NCBI RefSeq assembly: GCF_964204645.1
Contig: NC_134031.1
Location: forward strand, 12,774,088 to 12,838,087
Direction of reading: 5' to 3'
Length of the DNA stretch: 64,000 nt
DNA from: Tubulanus polymorphus
Lineage: Eukaryota; Animalia; Nemertea
Shown here: positions 53,472 to 64,000 of the stretch, piece by piece
Layout of the letters: each line of letters opens with the position of its first letter
Position numbering within the stretch: position 1 is the stretch's first letter
Program-made: the position numbers and the translations under genes
The notes under the pieces: model-generated
What the model was told of the DNA's origin: nothing
Database searches by the model: none
What the model saw: only the letters and a program-made list of their open reading frames with translations

Positions 53472-54576
53472 TTATTCTTTTAATTTTACTAGATAAAATC
53501 CATTCATTAAATTTAGCATCATATCCTTTATATTTCACCAAAGAATACTTTTTTCCTTTAAGAGTTTTTGTTTTTAATACTTTTTCTATTTTGTATTCTA
53601 TTTCATCTGGATTTGGTACAAGTGATAATTCTTGTTCATAGAAATAACCTAATATTTCTTCATCTTTTAGATCTTCTAATTTATAAACAAATGGTTTAGT
53701 TAATATTATCTTTTTAATCTTGGATATTTCTTCAGTAAAATTTGGAGTATAACCTTTATAAAATGTTTTTCTATATTTAGATATTCTGACGTGTTGTCCT
53801 ATTTTAAATTTAGGTTCTCCGAAATCATGTGTAACAAATGCTCCATATAAATTATTCCAAACTATTTCTGAATTATCTTCTTTTCTAGCTTGTATAGGTT
53901 TCATATTTATAGAACTATGTTAAGAGTTATTATAACCTTTCACCAAATCATCTAACACATCGATATATTTATATGTTTCATTAGCAGTAAAATATTTCCA
54001 CATTCTAGTTTTCAATGTTTTATTAAATCTTTCTATAATAGATGCTTTTTTATCTGAGTGTGTTGAAAAATAATCTACAACGTTATCAGATAATAGTTTT
54101 TTAAAATGTTTGTTATAAAATTCCTTACCTTCATCAAATTGTATCTTAACTGGAATAGCTTCTTCAAATATATTTTTAAAAGCATTTGTTACTTCTATTC
54201 CAGTTTTATTTTTGATTGGAATTGACCATGCGTATCTACTGAATATGTCTATAACATTTAATATCCAGAAATATCCTTTGTTGTATTCTTCCAAGTTCTT
54301 CATGTCAATTAAATCTGCTTGCCATTGTTGATCAATATATGAAACCATAACTTTTCTTGTTAAATAAGTTTTATCCATTTTCTTGTGGATTTGATATGTT
54401 GGTTGATTTTGTAACCATGATTTCAATTCACTATATTTTATATCACCATGTGGGTGCCGTATGGCGCCATTTTCATTATCAGATTTAATTTTATTCCATA
54501 ATTCTGAAACGTTAGAATATGATACTTCACTTTCTGGGTTATAATATAAATCTCTTAAATATTGTTCTTTTTTCAT
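53464..54576 (-). pseudogene. rve integrase plus chromodomain (element D), split near 53920
   Basis: WQADLID, QFDEGKEF, IIERFNKTLK, chromo-like C-terminus. Confidence 0.92.
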
Positions 54577-54862
54577 CTTATTTTAATCCATTAATAATAA
54601 TTAATATTAATATAAAATAGATTTAGTTTCAATGGCTTTATGATTTGACTTATTTTCTGGTATGATAGGTTTATTGTCATTGGAATCATATTTATCATCA
54701 GATTTGAATTTTGATTTATATATTACACCGGATAATATAATAACTGTTACTAATCCAATTGTAATATATAATTTATAATTCCTTTAAGCATTAGAAGAAT
54801 CAGATGGATTATTATTTGATTCAATATCAGATAAAGTCTGTTATTTTAGTTAATTTTTGTTC

Positions 54863-55435
54863 TTATTCATTTTCTGTTTCGACGTTTGGTTGTAGTACAT
54901 CTGTTTCGTTCTTACCTGATTTATATTCCATAGGCTTGATATTCGAAAATGTTATGACGCCAGTAGAAATTAATGTCATAACCGATCCTAATTGGAATGA
55001 AGCATAACCAACCCATTTTTGTAATTCAGTCATAACTAAATAGTCATTTTTCAAATCACTATATAATTTATTTTCATCATCAATTGGTATTAACTGGTTA
55101 CATAACTTAGAATAACATTTGACAATACCATCTGAAATAGAATCATTTATTCTAGCTAATCTTGCTTCTTCATAAATCTTAAAATATTTTATTACTTTAT
55201 CGGGTTTCATAGAGTCTAATTCTTGAAAAGTAATAATTCTATTTAAAAACTCTTTAGTTTTTCCACCGGCAATCGATAGTTCTAGATGATGCTTACAATA
55301 TAAATAGTATTCATAGTCTATATTACAATTAACTTGAGCACAATTAGTTACAACTGTATCTTTGTTATCACTTATACCCAAATCATCTAATGTTTTTTCA
55401 ATATCAATACTATTCTTATTAGATTTCTTTGACAT
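54863..55435 (-). CDS. Polinton conserved hypothetical protein, 190 aa
   Basis: Intact ORF with TAAATG start. Homologs at 9818-10377 and 20636-20790. Confidence 0.75.
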   Translation of the reverse strand: MSKKSNKNSIDIEKTLDDLGISDNKDTVVTNCAQVNCNIDYEYYLYCKHHLELSIAGGKTKEFLNRIITFQELDSMKPDKVIKYFKIYEEARLARINDSISDGIVKCYSKLCNQLIPIDDENKLYSDLKNDYLVMTELQKWVGYASFQLGSVMTLISTGVITFSNIKPMEYKSGKNETDVLQPNVETENE

Positions 55436-55738
55436 TTATATTAGAGAAAAAAAGCAAAAAAAAATATTATAAGTATTCTTCAAATGATACTAGCTAGTTA
55501 AAGCTAAAGAATTCTAGTATTGACTACTGATACTAGCTATTTGAATTTAAAGAATTTCTATTTGAATCTATTCAAAATATAAAGTATTCTCTATTTGAAA
55601 AGAAAATATTAAAAATATAATAGAATTCACTAGCAGTTGAAGTTATTGTTTTTTTAATATATTTTATTTGAATTCTATTTGACATCTCACTACTTTTTTT
55701 TATCTATTAGGAGCAGTAATTATAACTGTCCAGATAAG

Positions 55739-55925
55739 TCATTTCGGATCCTTGATATCAAATTCCTCAACGTATTGTTCATTATTTGGATCATTGTTCC
55801 ATTGATCAATAAATTGCTTTGCCTTTGTTAACTGTTCTAAATATAACTGTAAATCTAGTTTATTAGATTTTATTTTATTTTCTTTCTTTTCAGGAGGTCT
55901 CAAATTTTTCAAATTCCAAATAAGT
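55739..55925 (-). pseudogene. Second HNH gene, 3' remnant
   Basis: WNLKNLRPPEKKENKIKSNKLDLQLYLEQL duplicates the C-terminus of 58761-59375. Confidence 0.75.
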
Positions 55926-57653
55926 TTTTTTATTGTATTCATCATTCCTTTCCATTTATAAATCAAATTTTTATTAAAATTGATTAACATTTTAGAATCC
56001 TCTTCCATTTCTTCGACTAACGTCATCCTTTTTCATTCCTCGCTGCTTTTGATAAGTCATTTCGGATCCTCGATAATAAATTCTCAACTGAAAATCAATT
56101 CAACGAAACGACTGGTGGAAATATTATTTCATAACATATATTTATTATGTAAATTTTAGCGATCGATAATAGAACAATGGAGAACAATAGAAAAGCGGTT
56201 CAATCGGACCGGTTATTGTGCAATACACAGTTATATTTTTATTCTGTAAACTACAACATTCAAACATAGAAATGTAACCAATCAATATTGAGCAGCTGTT
56301 TCCGTCAACAACGATCGATAATAGAGCAATGGAGAACAATAGAAATGCGGTCCAATCGGACCGGTTATTGCGCAATACTTAGTTAACAGTAAACAATACA
56401 ATATTAAAACAGATATATACAATCGAGATTACATTTTTTTGACGCCTATAAAACGTTACCATTATAAAACCTAAACAATGTTAACCATTCAGCGTCATTT
56501 TACAAACGACAGCCGTAAATCGATGTGCAAAACGTCACAGGTCTATGTGTTAACAAACAAGCTATCTGGCAAAATATTATTGACATAGATGTAGAATGGC
56601 TTCCTGTGATTATATAATGACCTATATTTGAACGTCGAAATGTTATATTGCATTGAATATCATTAGAAGACGTATTGTAATAGTAAAGGATGTATGATTA
56701 TATCAGAAGGGGAAGGCATAAATAGAAATGATAAGTAAATCGGATTATTCGGTTAAATGGCGGATGTATACACGATTTGGAAGTCTGATATAAAAGTCAG
56801 ACCCTGACGTGGGCATGCCGGTGGAATGACGAAGCTATCTACGATGTGTGTAGGGCCGGCGTGAATTTCATCAGCGGCTAAAAGCGGTCAATATGAAAAT
56901 GTGTAAACATATAATTTCAATATTCAAACGTTTTAGAAAATATGTTAGATATTAGGAGTATGCAGGTTTCGTGAGATTAGCAATTTATAATAGCATAGCT
57001 ATCATATACGGCTCCGCGTCCTCTGATGGCATGTGTATTAGGTGACAATTCAATTCAATTCTTTATTGATCCTTATTACATTGAAATTTCGGGATGAAAT
57101 TCCCAAATTCAATAAATACAAATTTTAAAATAAATTAATACAACATACATGACACACGGGTAATTCATACAGAACAACATAAGCATGTTATTTTAAATGA
57201 CAATGTCTACTTCAACCCACCCAGACTCAAGACTCTAGGATATCGAGTGACAGCCAAACCCGTGGCCCGGGCCGGCTGGCTAGGCCACACGATATGCTCG
57301 AAGTCATGATGAAGCAGACATCAGAAGAGCTCGTTCTTCAACCATGGAGGCAATGAAGTTGCAGACCAGCTTAGAGGCATAAGTAAATGAAGTCGGTCGC
57401 AAGTTCGCGATCAATTATTGAGAATTTTCAATAAAAAAATTTAAACCACTACTAGAGTCGAAGACCCGCTGTATCATCTACCCAATCGCCAAATCTCATC
57501 ATTCCCCAAATTTCTTAAAACTTCGATTTCAAATTTGCAATTCCACATTAGCTTAGCCCAGAAATTATACATTTTTTTTGCAGGCGTCAAATAATTTTCT
57601 AAAATTAATTTTCTTGTTGATATCTATATTACAAAGACCTTCAGTGTTATAAT

Positions 57654-58304
57654 TTATGATTTTGTCCAGAATTCTTTAATTACTGGATTGTTTCCAATCA
57701 TTTCTTCAATTTCTAGAAAATATCTGACTACTTCACTAAATGCTAATCCTAATATTTTGAATTTTTCATATTTTATTAATCTACCTACTCTTCTCAGTTT
57801 TCTTTCAAAACCGGCACTGATATCTATGTTCTTTTCCCTCAGTTTCTTTATCAAACATTGAAAACCCTATATTTAGATAACCCCCGAAAATGAAGTGGTC
57901 CCATAGGTGATTTGCTTTTCTATTTAATATGGTTTTATAACTTTTTTTTAAGATTCAGTAATTTCAGCAAATGAAATAACTTCTACACTTTGTATTTCCG
58001 GAAAGTTTAAATGTTCTGTGTCAATGATTAATTTAGATTTTAAAAACTCGTTCAACTCTTCTCCACTCATTTTCTTAGTTTTCGATTCTTTGAGTCCCAA
58101 CAGCAATTTAAGTCGCGTTGCTGGGAATTTTGGTAATTGTAGTTCGCGCGGTAATTGTTTATTATGTATTACATCACTCAAAATTTTCACCATTTCTTGA
58201 TGATAGTCCAAATGTTCTTGTAATTTTTGTGAAGTTTGTTCGTCAATTACGAGAGTTTCATCCTCCATTTCTATTAATTCCTGAGTTTCACTATCCAGCA
58301 GCAA
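57654..58304 (-). pseudogene. Accessory hypothetical protein (~215 aa, frameshifted)
   Basis: Two track ORFs joined through ...NHLWDHFIFGGYLNIGFSMF... C-terminus EKNIDISAGFERKLRRVGRLIKYEKFKILGLAFSEV..EFW. Confidence 0.55.
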
Positions 58305-58760
58305 TCATTCCTCACCCGTTGATTGGCTTAGAATTTCTGGTTGTTCTTCGTGTTCCATTTTAATCTAAAAGATGTCGTGAAAATGAATTACTGTACTTAA
58401 ATATGTTTAAAGGTTTCCCTACTTCATAATAACTACAAAAAACGGTACTCACATTTAGATTTAGAACTGTAAACTGTGTTTTGAGAGAGAATATCCAATA
58501 CGTACTATGTATGTGAAAGTTGATTTCTAACTGCCGACGTGGCGCACGTTCGACCAAACTAATTATTTCTGCACAGATGTTCTTTATGATGAAGTTAATT
58601 AATTCTTTAGAATTGAAAACAAGATATATTTGGCAACATATGTTTTAGTAGTAAGCAAAAGCTATGTATTATAGACATACAAAGCTCAAATAGAATTGCC
58701 AGCTTTCTAACCACTGATTAAAACCTCAGAATGCGGTTGATTCTGTGAAATACTATTCCA

Positions 58761-59375
58761 TTATTCAACAAATGTCTTTGCTTTATCCAGTTGATCTAAA
58801 TATAACTGTAAATCTAGTTTATTAGATTTAATTATGTTTTCCTTCTTTTCTAAAGGCCTTAAATTTTTCCAGTTCCCTATTAGCTTCTTATTATAATCAT
58901 CACTCATGTCAAATTTAGAAATAGGCAACACGTGATCAATATGAAAGTATTCACCATAATTATCTATATTCATTTTATCATCGAATTGATATATTATCCA
59001 TGATTTTAAGAATTCATCTGAACAACCCAATAAATTAGATAGTGTTTCTGAATGTGTTCCTTTGTTGAATAATTGTGTTAATCTAGTCCTTAAGCATTGT
59101 TTCAATCTAAAATTAAGATCTGTTTGATATCTTTCTCTCATATATTCTGTCATATAATCATTGTAAGCTTCTCTATTATCTTCTCTGTGTTGTTTGGTAT
59201 ATAGTTTAAAACAAGTTTTACAGCAATATTGAAAACCATCTTTGCTAATCTTACGCTTATTAAATTCTGTTATAGCTAATTTATCTAATTCACATTTAGA
59301 ACACTTCTTGTAGTATATATTTATGACGCCAGTGTTATTTGTAATATTTATAGTTTGTGGTTGTTCTGATTCCAT
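58761..59375 (-). CDS. HNH endonuclease with N-terminal Zn domain (element D)
   Basis: FHIDHVLPIS...WKNLRPLEKKENIIKSNK. Slightly premature stop relative to element A. Confidence 0.82.
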   Translation of the reverse strand: MESEQPQTINITNNTGVINIYYKKCSKCELDKLAITEFNKRKISKDGFQYCCKTCFKLYTKQHREDNREAYNDYMTEYMRERYQTDLNFRLKQCLRTRLTQLFNKGTHSETLSNLLGCSDEFLKSWIIYQFDDKMNIDNYGEYFHIDHVLPISKFDMSDDYNKKLIGNWKNLRPLEKKENIIKSNKLDLQLYLDQLDKAKTFVE

Positions 59376-59396
59376 TTATTATACATATTTTTTTAC

Positions 59397-59907
59397 TAAA
59401 TTGATTTTAGAAGTTCAATGATTTATATCATGCATTATTTCAATCACACTTTACTAACACTTTTAATGTTTAAAAATCTAACTCATACAAATATAAATAT
59501 TGAAATAATGTTTAAAATATATCTATATATCTATTTATAAGTGAGCTCACACTTTACTAACACTTTTATATTGAATAATCTATCAATTTGTATGTTATTC
59601 ATATATATTTTATTCATGTATATAAATATTTTAAGAGTAATAGGGGTAATGGGCTTTCAGGTTAAAGGTTGAAAGGGTGAGTGAGTAAAAAATGAAAGAA
59701 TATGAAAATAATAATAATTTCTATTTGAATTAGGAGTGAAACTCATAAAAAATGAAAAATAAATTCGAGCGTGCAAGAATTATTTTTCATTTTTTATGAG
59801 TTTCGCTACTAATTCAAATAAAAATTATTATTATTTTCATATTTTTTTCTTTTTTTATGGGCTCGACCTTTCGACCTTTGATCTGAAAGCCCATTACCCC
59901 TATTACT
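59397..59907. repeat. Right TIR of element D; 59636-59907 is an imperfect palindrome
   Basis: AGTAATAGGGGTAATGGGCTTTCAG at 59636 and its reverse complement ending at 59907. Confidence 0.93.
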
Positions 59908-60284
59908 AGTGTTATGTATTGATGATTGCTATTTCCACTGGTGTTATCTTTAAGTAACTTCAAGTTTAAAATAGGAAGCACAGTACATCCATAGAAACTA
60001 CGCGCAGAAAGAGACTGTTATATCATTATCAGAGTTCAACATTTCGTTTCAAAGATGTTAGTAGTCAAATCTAATAGAAGATGATTTTTACGTGACGAAA
60101 CTCAGTGGAAAATATGTTAAAATAATAATCAGCAGGAATCCAATAGGTTTTCTGCCGAGGTAGCAGAAACCTTAATAATAATCACGCGAATCTCAATAGG
60201 GTTTTCTGTGAAGAAACAGAAAACCCTAATAATCCAATGTTCCCAGTTTAATCTCATAAATCAACACATCAATAATGTGTTGAT

Positions 60285-60450
60285 TTATGAGATCAATGTT
60301 GTGTAGGGGTTTGAATCTCTTTTGGTTATCATTTCAGTGTCATTTCTATTTTTAGTGAAGTTTCTATATTTGAAAGTTAGGAAGCATGCTACATGGTCGA
60401 ACATATGTGTTGTCAGGATGGCACTGTTTGTCAAGTCACTTATCTCCCAA

Positions 60451-60514
<64 letters not shown>

Positions 60515-60626
60515 CAATCAAGGTTGCAATCGCATGTGTAATTCGAGTTGGTCTTAGTATTGTTGGTAGGAGGTCAAGGGTTAAGTTCATGTTAAGAAAT
60601 TTTGATGTATTTTTGTGATGGTTCAA
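60285..60626 (-). pseudogene. LINE APE-endonuclease remnant containing a (TA)n microsatellite (60454-60512)
   Basis: PTILRPTRITHAIATLIDYIY...MFDH is the typical end of a LINE endonuclease domain. Confidence 0.65.
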
Positions 60627-61018
60627 TTTTAGATACCGGGGTAGTCCAAGTTTTGGTCTGTTCCTATAATTATGTGCTTACGTTCATTTTTTTAATTTTA
60701 ACAAACCATTTTTATAATCATCTAAAAAGTCTAAATTTTCATTGGTGCTGGGTACTCTGTATATTTCACCTAGTATTATGTTTTTCTGTTTACTATTACT
60801 TATCATTTCAATAAAACATGATTCAAATTTTGATTCTCTAAAGTCTATAGTCACTTGTTTTTACCTGATGGGGAGGGGGTGTTTCCGGAAACGTGCGTAA
60901 TCAATAAAATCTGTTTTAATGTGCTAGTGTGGTCGAAAACTAGCCTGAACCCTGGTCTACTAGTATAGAAGCATCTTCATATGATTGATTGCATATATTT
61001 CTATATTTTTCTACATAG

Positions 61019-61178
61019 GTACTTTGTCGAAATTGCTGGTGGATTAGGACCAACAGCTGGCAAAATTGGGCGCATTGGACTAATGGGATACAACGCAACT
61101 CCCGATAACATCGATAGGGTGATCAAAGCTTTGGATGAAGGTCTGAAGGAAGCTCGTCAACCAAAATCAAAAGTTTAA
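61019..61178 (+). CDS. AGXT: AGXT terminal coding exon
   Basis: catag acceptor. Encodes YFVEIAGGLGPTAGKIGRIGLMGYNA...PKSKV then TAA. Confidence 0.93.
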
Positions 61179-64000
61179 AGGAATGATTGCACAACATACA
61201 AAATGCATTCTAATCTGATTCTTTGTTGACTGTGTTAACATAGATTGGAGTGAATCAATATAATATTTTGAAAAGTTGTCATTTATTATTGGCGTTGGGT
61301 TTAAACTGCATTTGATGTTATGCCCCTGTAGAGCTCAACCTTTTCTGCTGCTTTTCTTTGTGGGTTTAGATTGATAGAATATCATAGAACACTTAATCAG
61401 ATTTGAAGTCAACTCACAGTTCTGGTAATCGTAATATGACTTGAAATGCAGTGGGAAACACTCGGTGTTGTCGTATCGCGGAATCGCGGAATTTTTCTAA
61501 AACACGAAATGTCTTCATTTTCACTATACATAGTAACCGTGTTGTTGGGCAAGGCAGCGGACGCATGTTATCATTACCGGTACCTGGTAGGCCTAATGTG
61601 ATAATATATTACTATCGTCACTCAACACATTAACGATATTCCAAAAAGAGACAAGAAACGAAATTCTTAATATGGACTTTCCTAAATTTACATGAGTGTA
61701 TGTTTAATCAGCATCAAAATTAAACATTGGTACTCTAGAGATTTAAGCAGAACAAACGAAAAAGAGTGAAAACTATTGGATTTAATTCAAATGATGGGAG
61801 AAAACTGACTTTTTACAGACAATTAGATCGAAAATAAGGACGGAAAATATCAGGTAAAAATGCCTTTTTTCACGTCATGAATGGAAACGAATCTGTGCTC
61901 CATGTAATCAAAAAAGCCTAAGATGTCCCTCCTTGGTTGAATCAAGAGGTTTTTATGAAAATCTGTCTTTTTACGATCTCCATCACACACGACTGCATGA
62001 TGATTCATCATAAATATTGATACACCGGTGACAATCCTCTCTTTAATCGTTATCTATAAAATACTTGAGTAAGGCCCTGACGAGAGAACGTGTCCGTGCA
62101 CAAATCCGAATGAATAAATTGAAATACCGGATGATAATCTTGAAGATAATATATTTTATTTACCTTGAACAAAGAATGATTTTCCTAATCCCTATTGTAT
62201 ATGAATCCCTATCGTTCCGAAGCTTCTCCTGACCTGCTGTCGACACTCGTCTTACTAAGGTAGCCTACTTATTCTCTCCTCTCTCTCGATAGCTGCCCCC
62301 TTTTGTAGAAAGAACCGGCATTCTCAGAATTCCGATTCTCCCACGCAGGGCCTTCCGCTTTTTGGCAAGGAGCAGCTACCCAACTGTCATGACCGTTTTT
62401 AGTTACGGAAAATTTAGCCCTACTGATTTGCTGATCTAAAGGTTTTTTAGAAACTGATTTGCTGATATAAATTTTTTCTTCCAACCCTCCTGTCATGACG
62501 CGTTGTGATTTACTCGTTGTGAGAGAGCAGCTATTGTTTGTGAATTACCAACGAGCGCATACAGACAACAGAAACTTCAGACAGCTAGTTTTAACATTTA
62601 ACACAAATTAATTTTTCTAAAACATTAGCGATTATTAACAATTTGTTCTTAAACAACATCTAGATTACTCAAATTAAATATCTTTTCAAAACTTTTCTAA
62701 TTACAGTACAAATTCATTGTTTCTTTTTTAATTATTATAATTAACTACGATTCGGAATACATTGTGATTGATTATCAATTCTTAAATTATTTGAAATACT
62801 TATACTAATTATTTTATCTACAATTTAACTAGTTCTATTTTAATACAGGATAAGCAAAACAACCACATCTTCCTAAACTTCCGGTTTTTCCTTTTACGGA
62901 AAGTAGCCGGGAATATCATGAAGTATCAGCGTGATCCCTTCACGAGCCTCATTATAAATACACTCCATTGTTCCGACCCAACCAAATATGGTTCCAACTA
63001 TTTAAAAGTTTTATATAAAGATTTTCTGAATGTTTGCCAGATCTCACAGCAGAAGAACCGAGAAAGAATTGTTGTTTATAGACTGATTTATGGTTTGCGT
63101 TAGTAGATGAAAGCATCAAACAAGAACTTTCGTAATTCTTACTACTAGTACGTTCTTGTCTGACGGCTTTAACGTAACCCCCACGCATACGGAAACAACA
63201 TTAAGAACATTTCTAAATACTACGAAACATTTTCAAATACTACGAAAATCTAGCTGTGGATCAATATGCATGGTAGTGGGTTTTCCCCACTGACTCAAAT
63301 CGACACCCCGTTCATGGCGTGACGATTTCATACACAGTGTACGAAGTTTGTCAGGCAATCGATTTTCGTAAATAGAACAATTTCTAAGATTCACTTACCC
63401 TTTCCCAATTTTACTGCCCTTCTATAAAATTCACCGCTTTTCACGACCGCCCGCGACGAACCAATTCGAACCCTGGCAGTTAAATCATTTGCAGTGTCCA
63501 AGAAAACTTTAACTAGGCCACACGCGAGGTGCGCTTTTCATATACATGCATAGATCAATATATTGCATTGCAGCGAGTATATTGTTGTGACATAGGGATT
63601 TTAATCAATTTAACTACGTATAACTTTCTACTATTACGCTCGTGGGAAAATTCCTGCTGTCTAGTATTATGGAATAATTAAAAGCTTTCTAATAAAACCC
63701 GGAATTAGATAACGATAAATTTATAGAATGAATACAGTGTATAAACCGTACTCTGGGGAAAAAAACAGGGAGAGCAACCTTGGTGGCAACATCGGACGGT
63801 GCCAGAGCAGAGGCAGCGCGGGTAAGGGTAATTTGATATTTTCAGTTGTCATTTGTTTAAGTTCATGCAATAGAATCCTTGAATCATTTATCAAGCTGAG
63901 TTGAGTCGTTGGTTTATTTTTGGTCTCTGGTTTCTACATCGCCGTGCTCGACAGGAGGGGAAGTGCATACGCCCCGAACAAGAACAGCGGCGCTCTCCTA

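Larger units (their letters stand above)
47999..59907. mobile_element. Polinton/Maverick element D (11.9 kb, both ends intact, internally deleted)
   Basis: AGTAAT...ATTACT termini. TIRs 47999-~48489 and ~59397-59907. Perfect TSD AGTGTT at 47993-47998 and 59908-59913. Carries pPolB, ATPase, integrase and HNH genes. Confidence 0.95.

Noticed and set aside
7035-59907. Prokaryotic phage or contaminant origin of the gene-dense AT-rich blocks
   Set aside because: They are embedded in spliceosomal introns, carry a 6-bp TSD, are interrupted by host TEs, and have the Polinton gene set.
62269-64000. Short ORFs and a GC-richer end as a neighbouring gene
   Set aside because: No recognisable protein motif or consistent exon chain within the window.

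Overview
AT-rich animal (invertebrate-type) genomic DNA. The window holds the last six coding exons of an alanine:glyoxylate / serine:pyruvate aminotransferase gene (AGXT, + strand, 2941-61178). The spliced frame is intact and ends ...PKSKV. Two large introns (3178-33925 and 43436-61018) contain at least four decayed copies of one Polinton/Maverick (adintovirus-like) lineage: element A (~7035-18550), B (~18550-33200), C (44177-45628) and D (47999-59907). Element D has ~0.5 kb TIRs and a perfect 6-bp TSD (AGTGTT). Together the elements encode protein-primed PolB, rve integrase with chromodomain, A32-like packaging ATPase, HNH nuclease, a penton-like protein and small conserved ORFs. No major capsid or protease gene was seen. 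They are further interrupted by Helentron/DINE-like elements, TTAA-type (Kolobok-like) and hAT-like MITEs, an L2/CR1 LINE and a Penelope element. The most unusual signals are cis-elements. Each end of element D is itself a ~250-bp imperfect hairpin, with an asymmetry conserved in element A. Nearly every element ORF starts in a TAAATG context. A ~25-bp non-coding motif recurs at module boundaries in all four elements. All alignments were done by eye; coordinates marked ~ are approximate.
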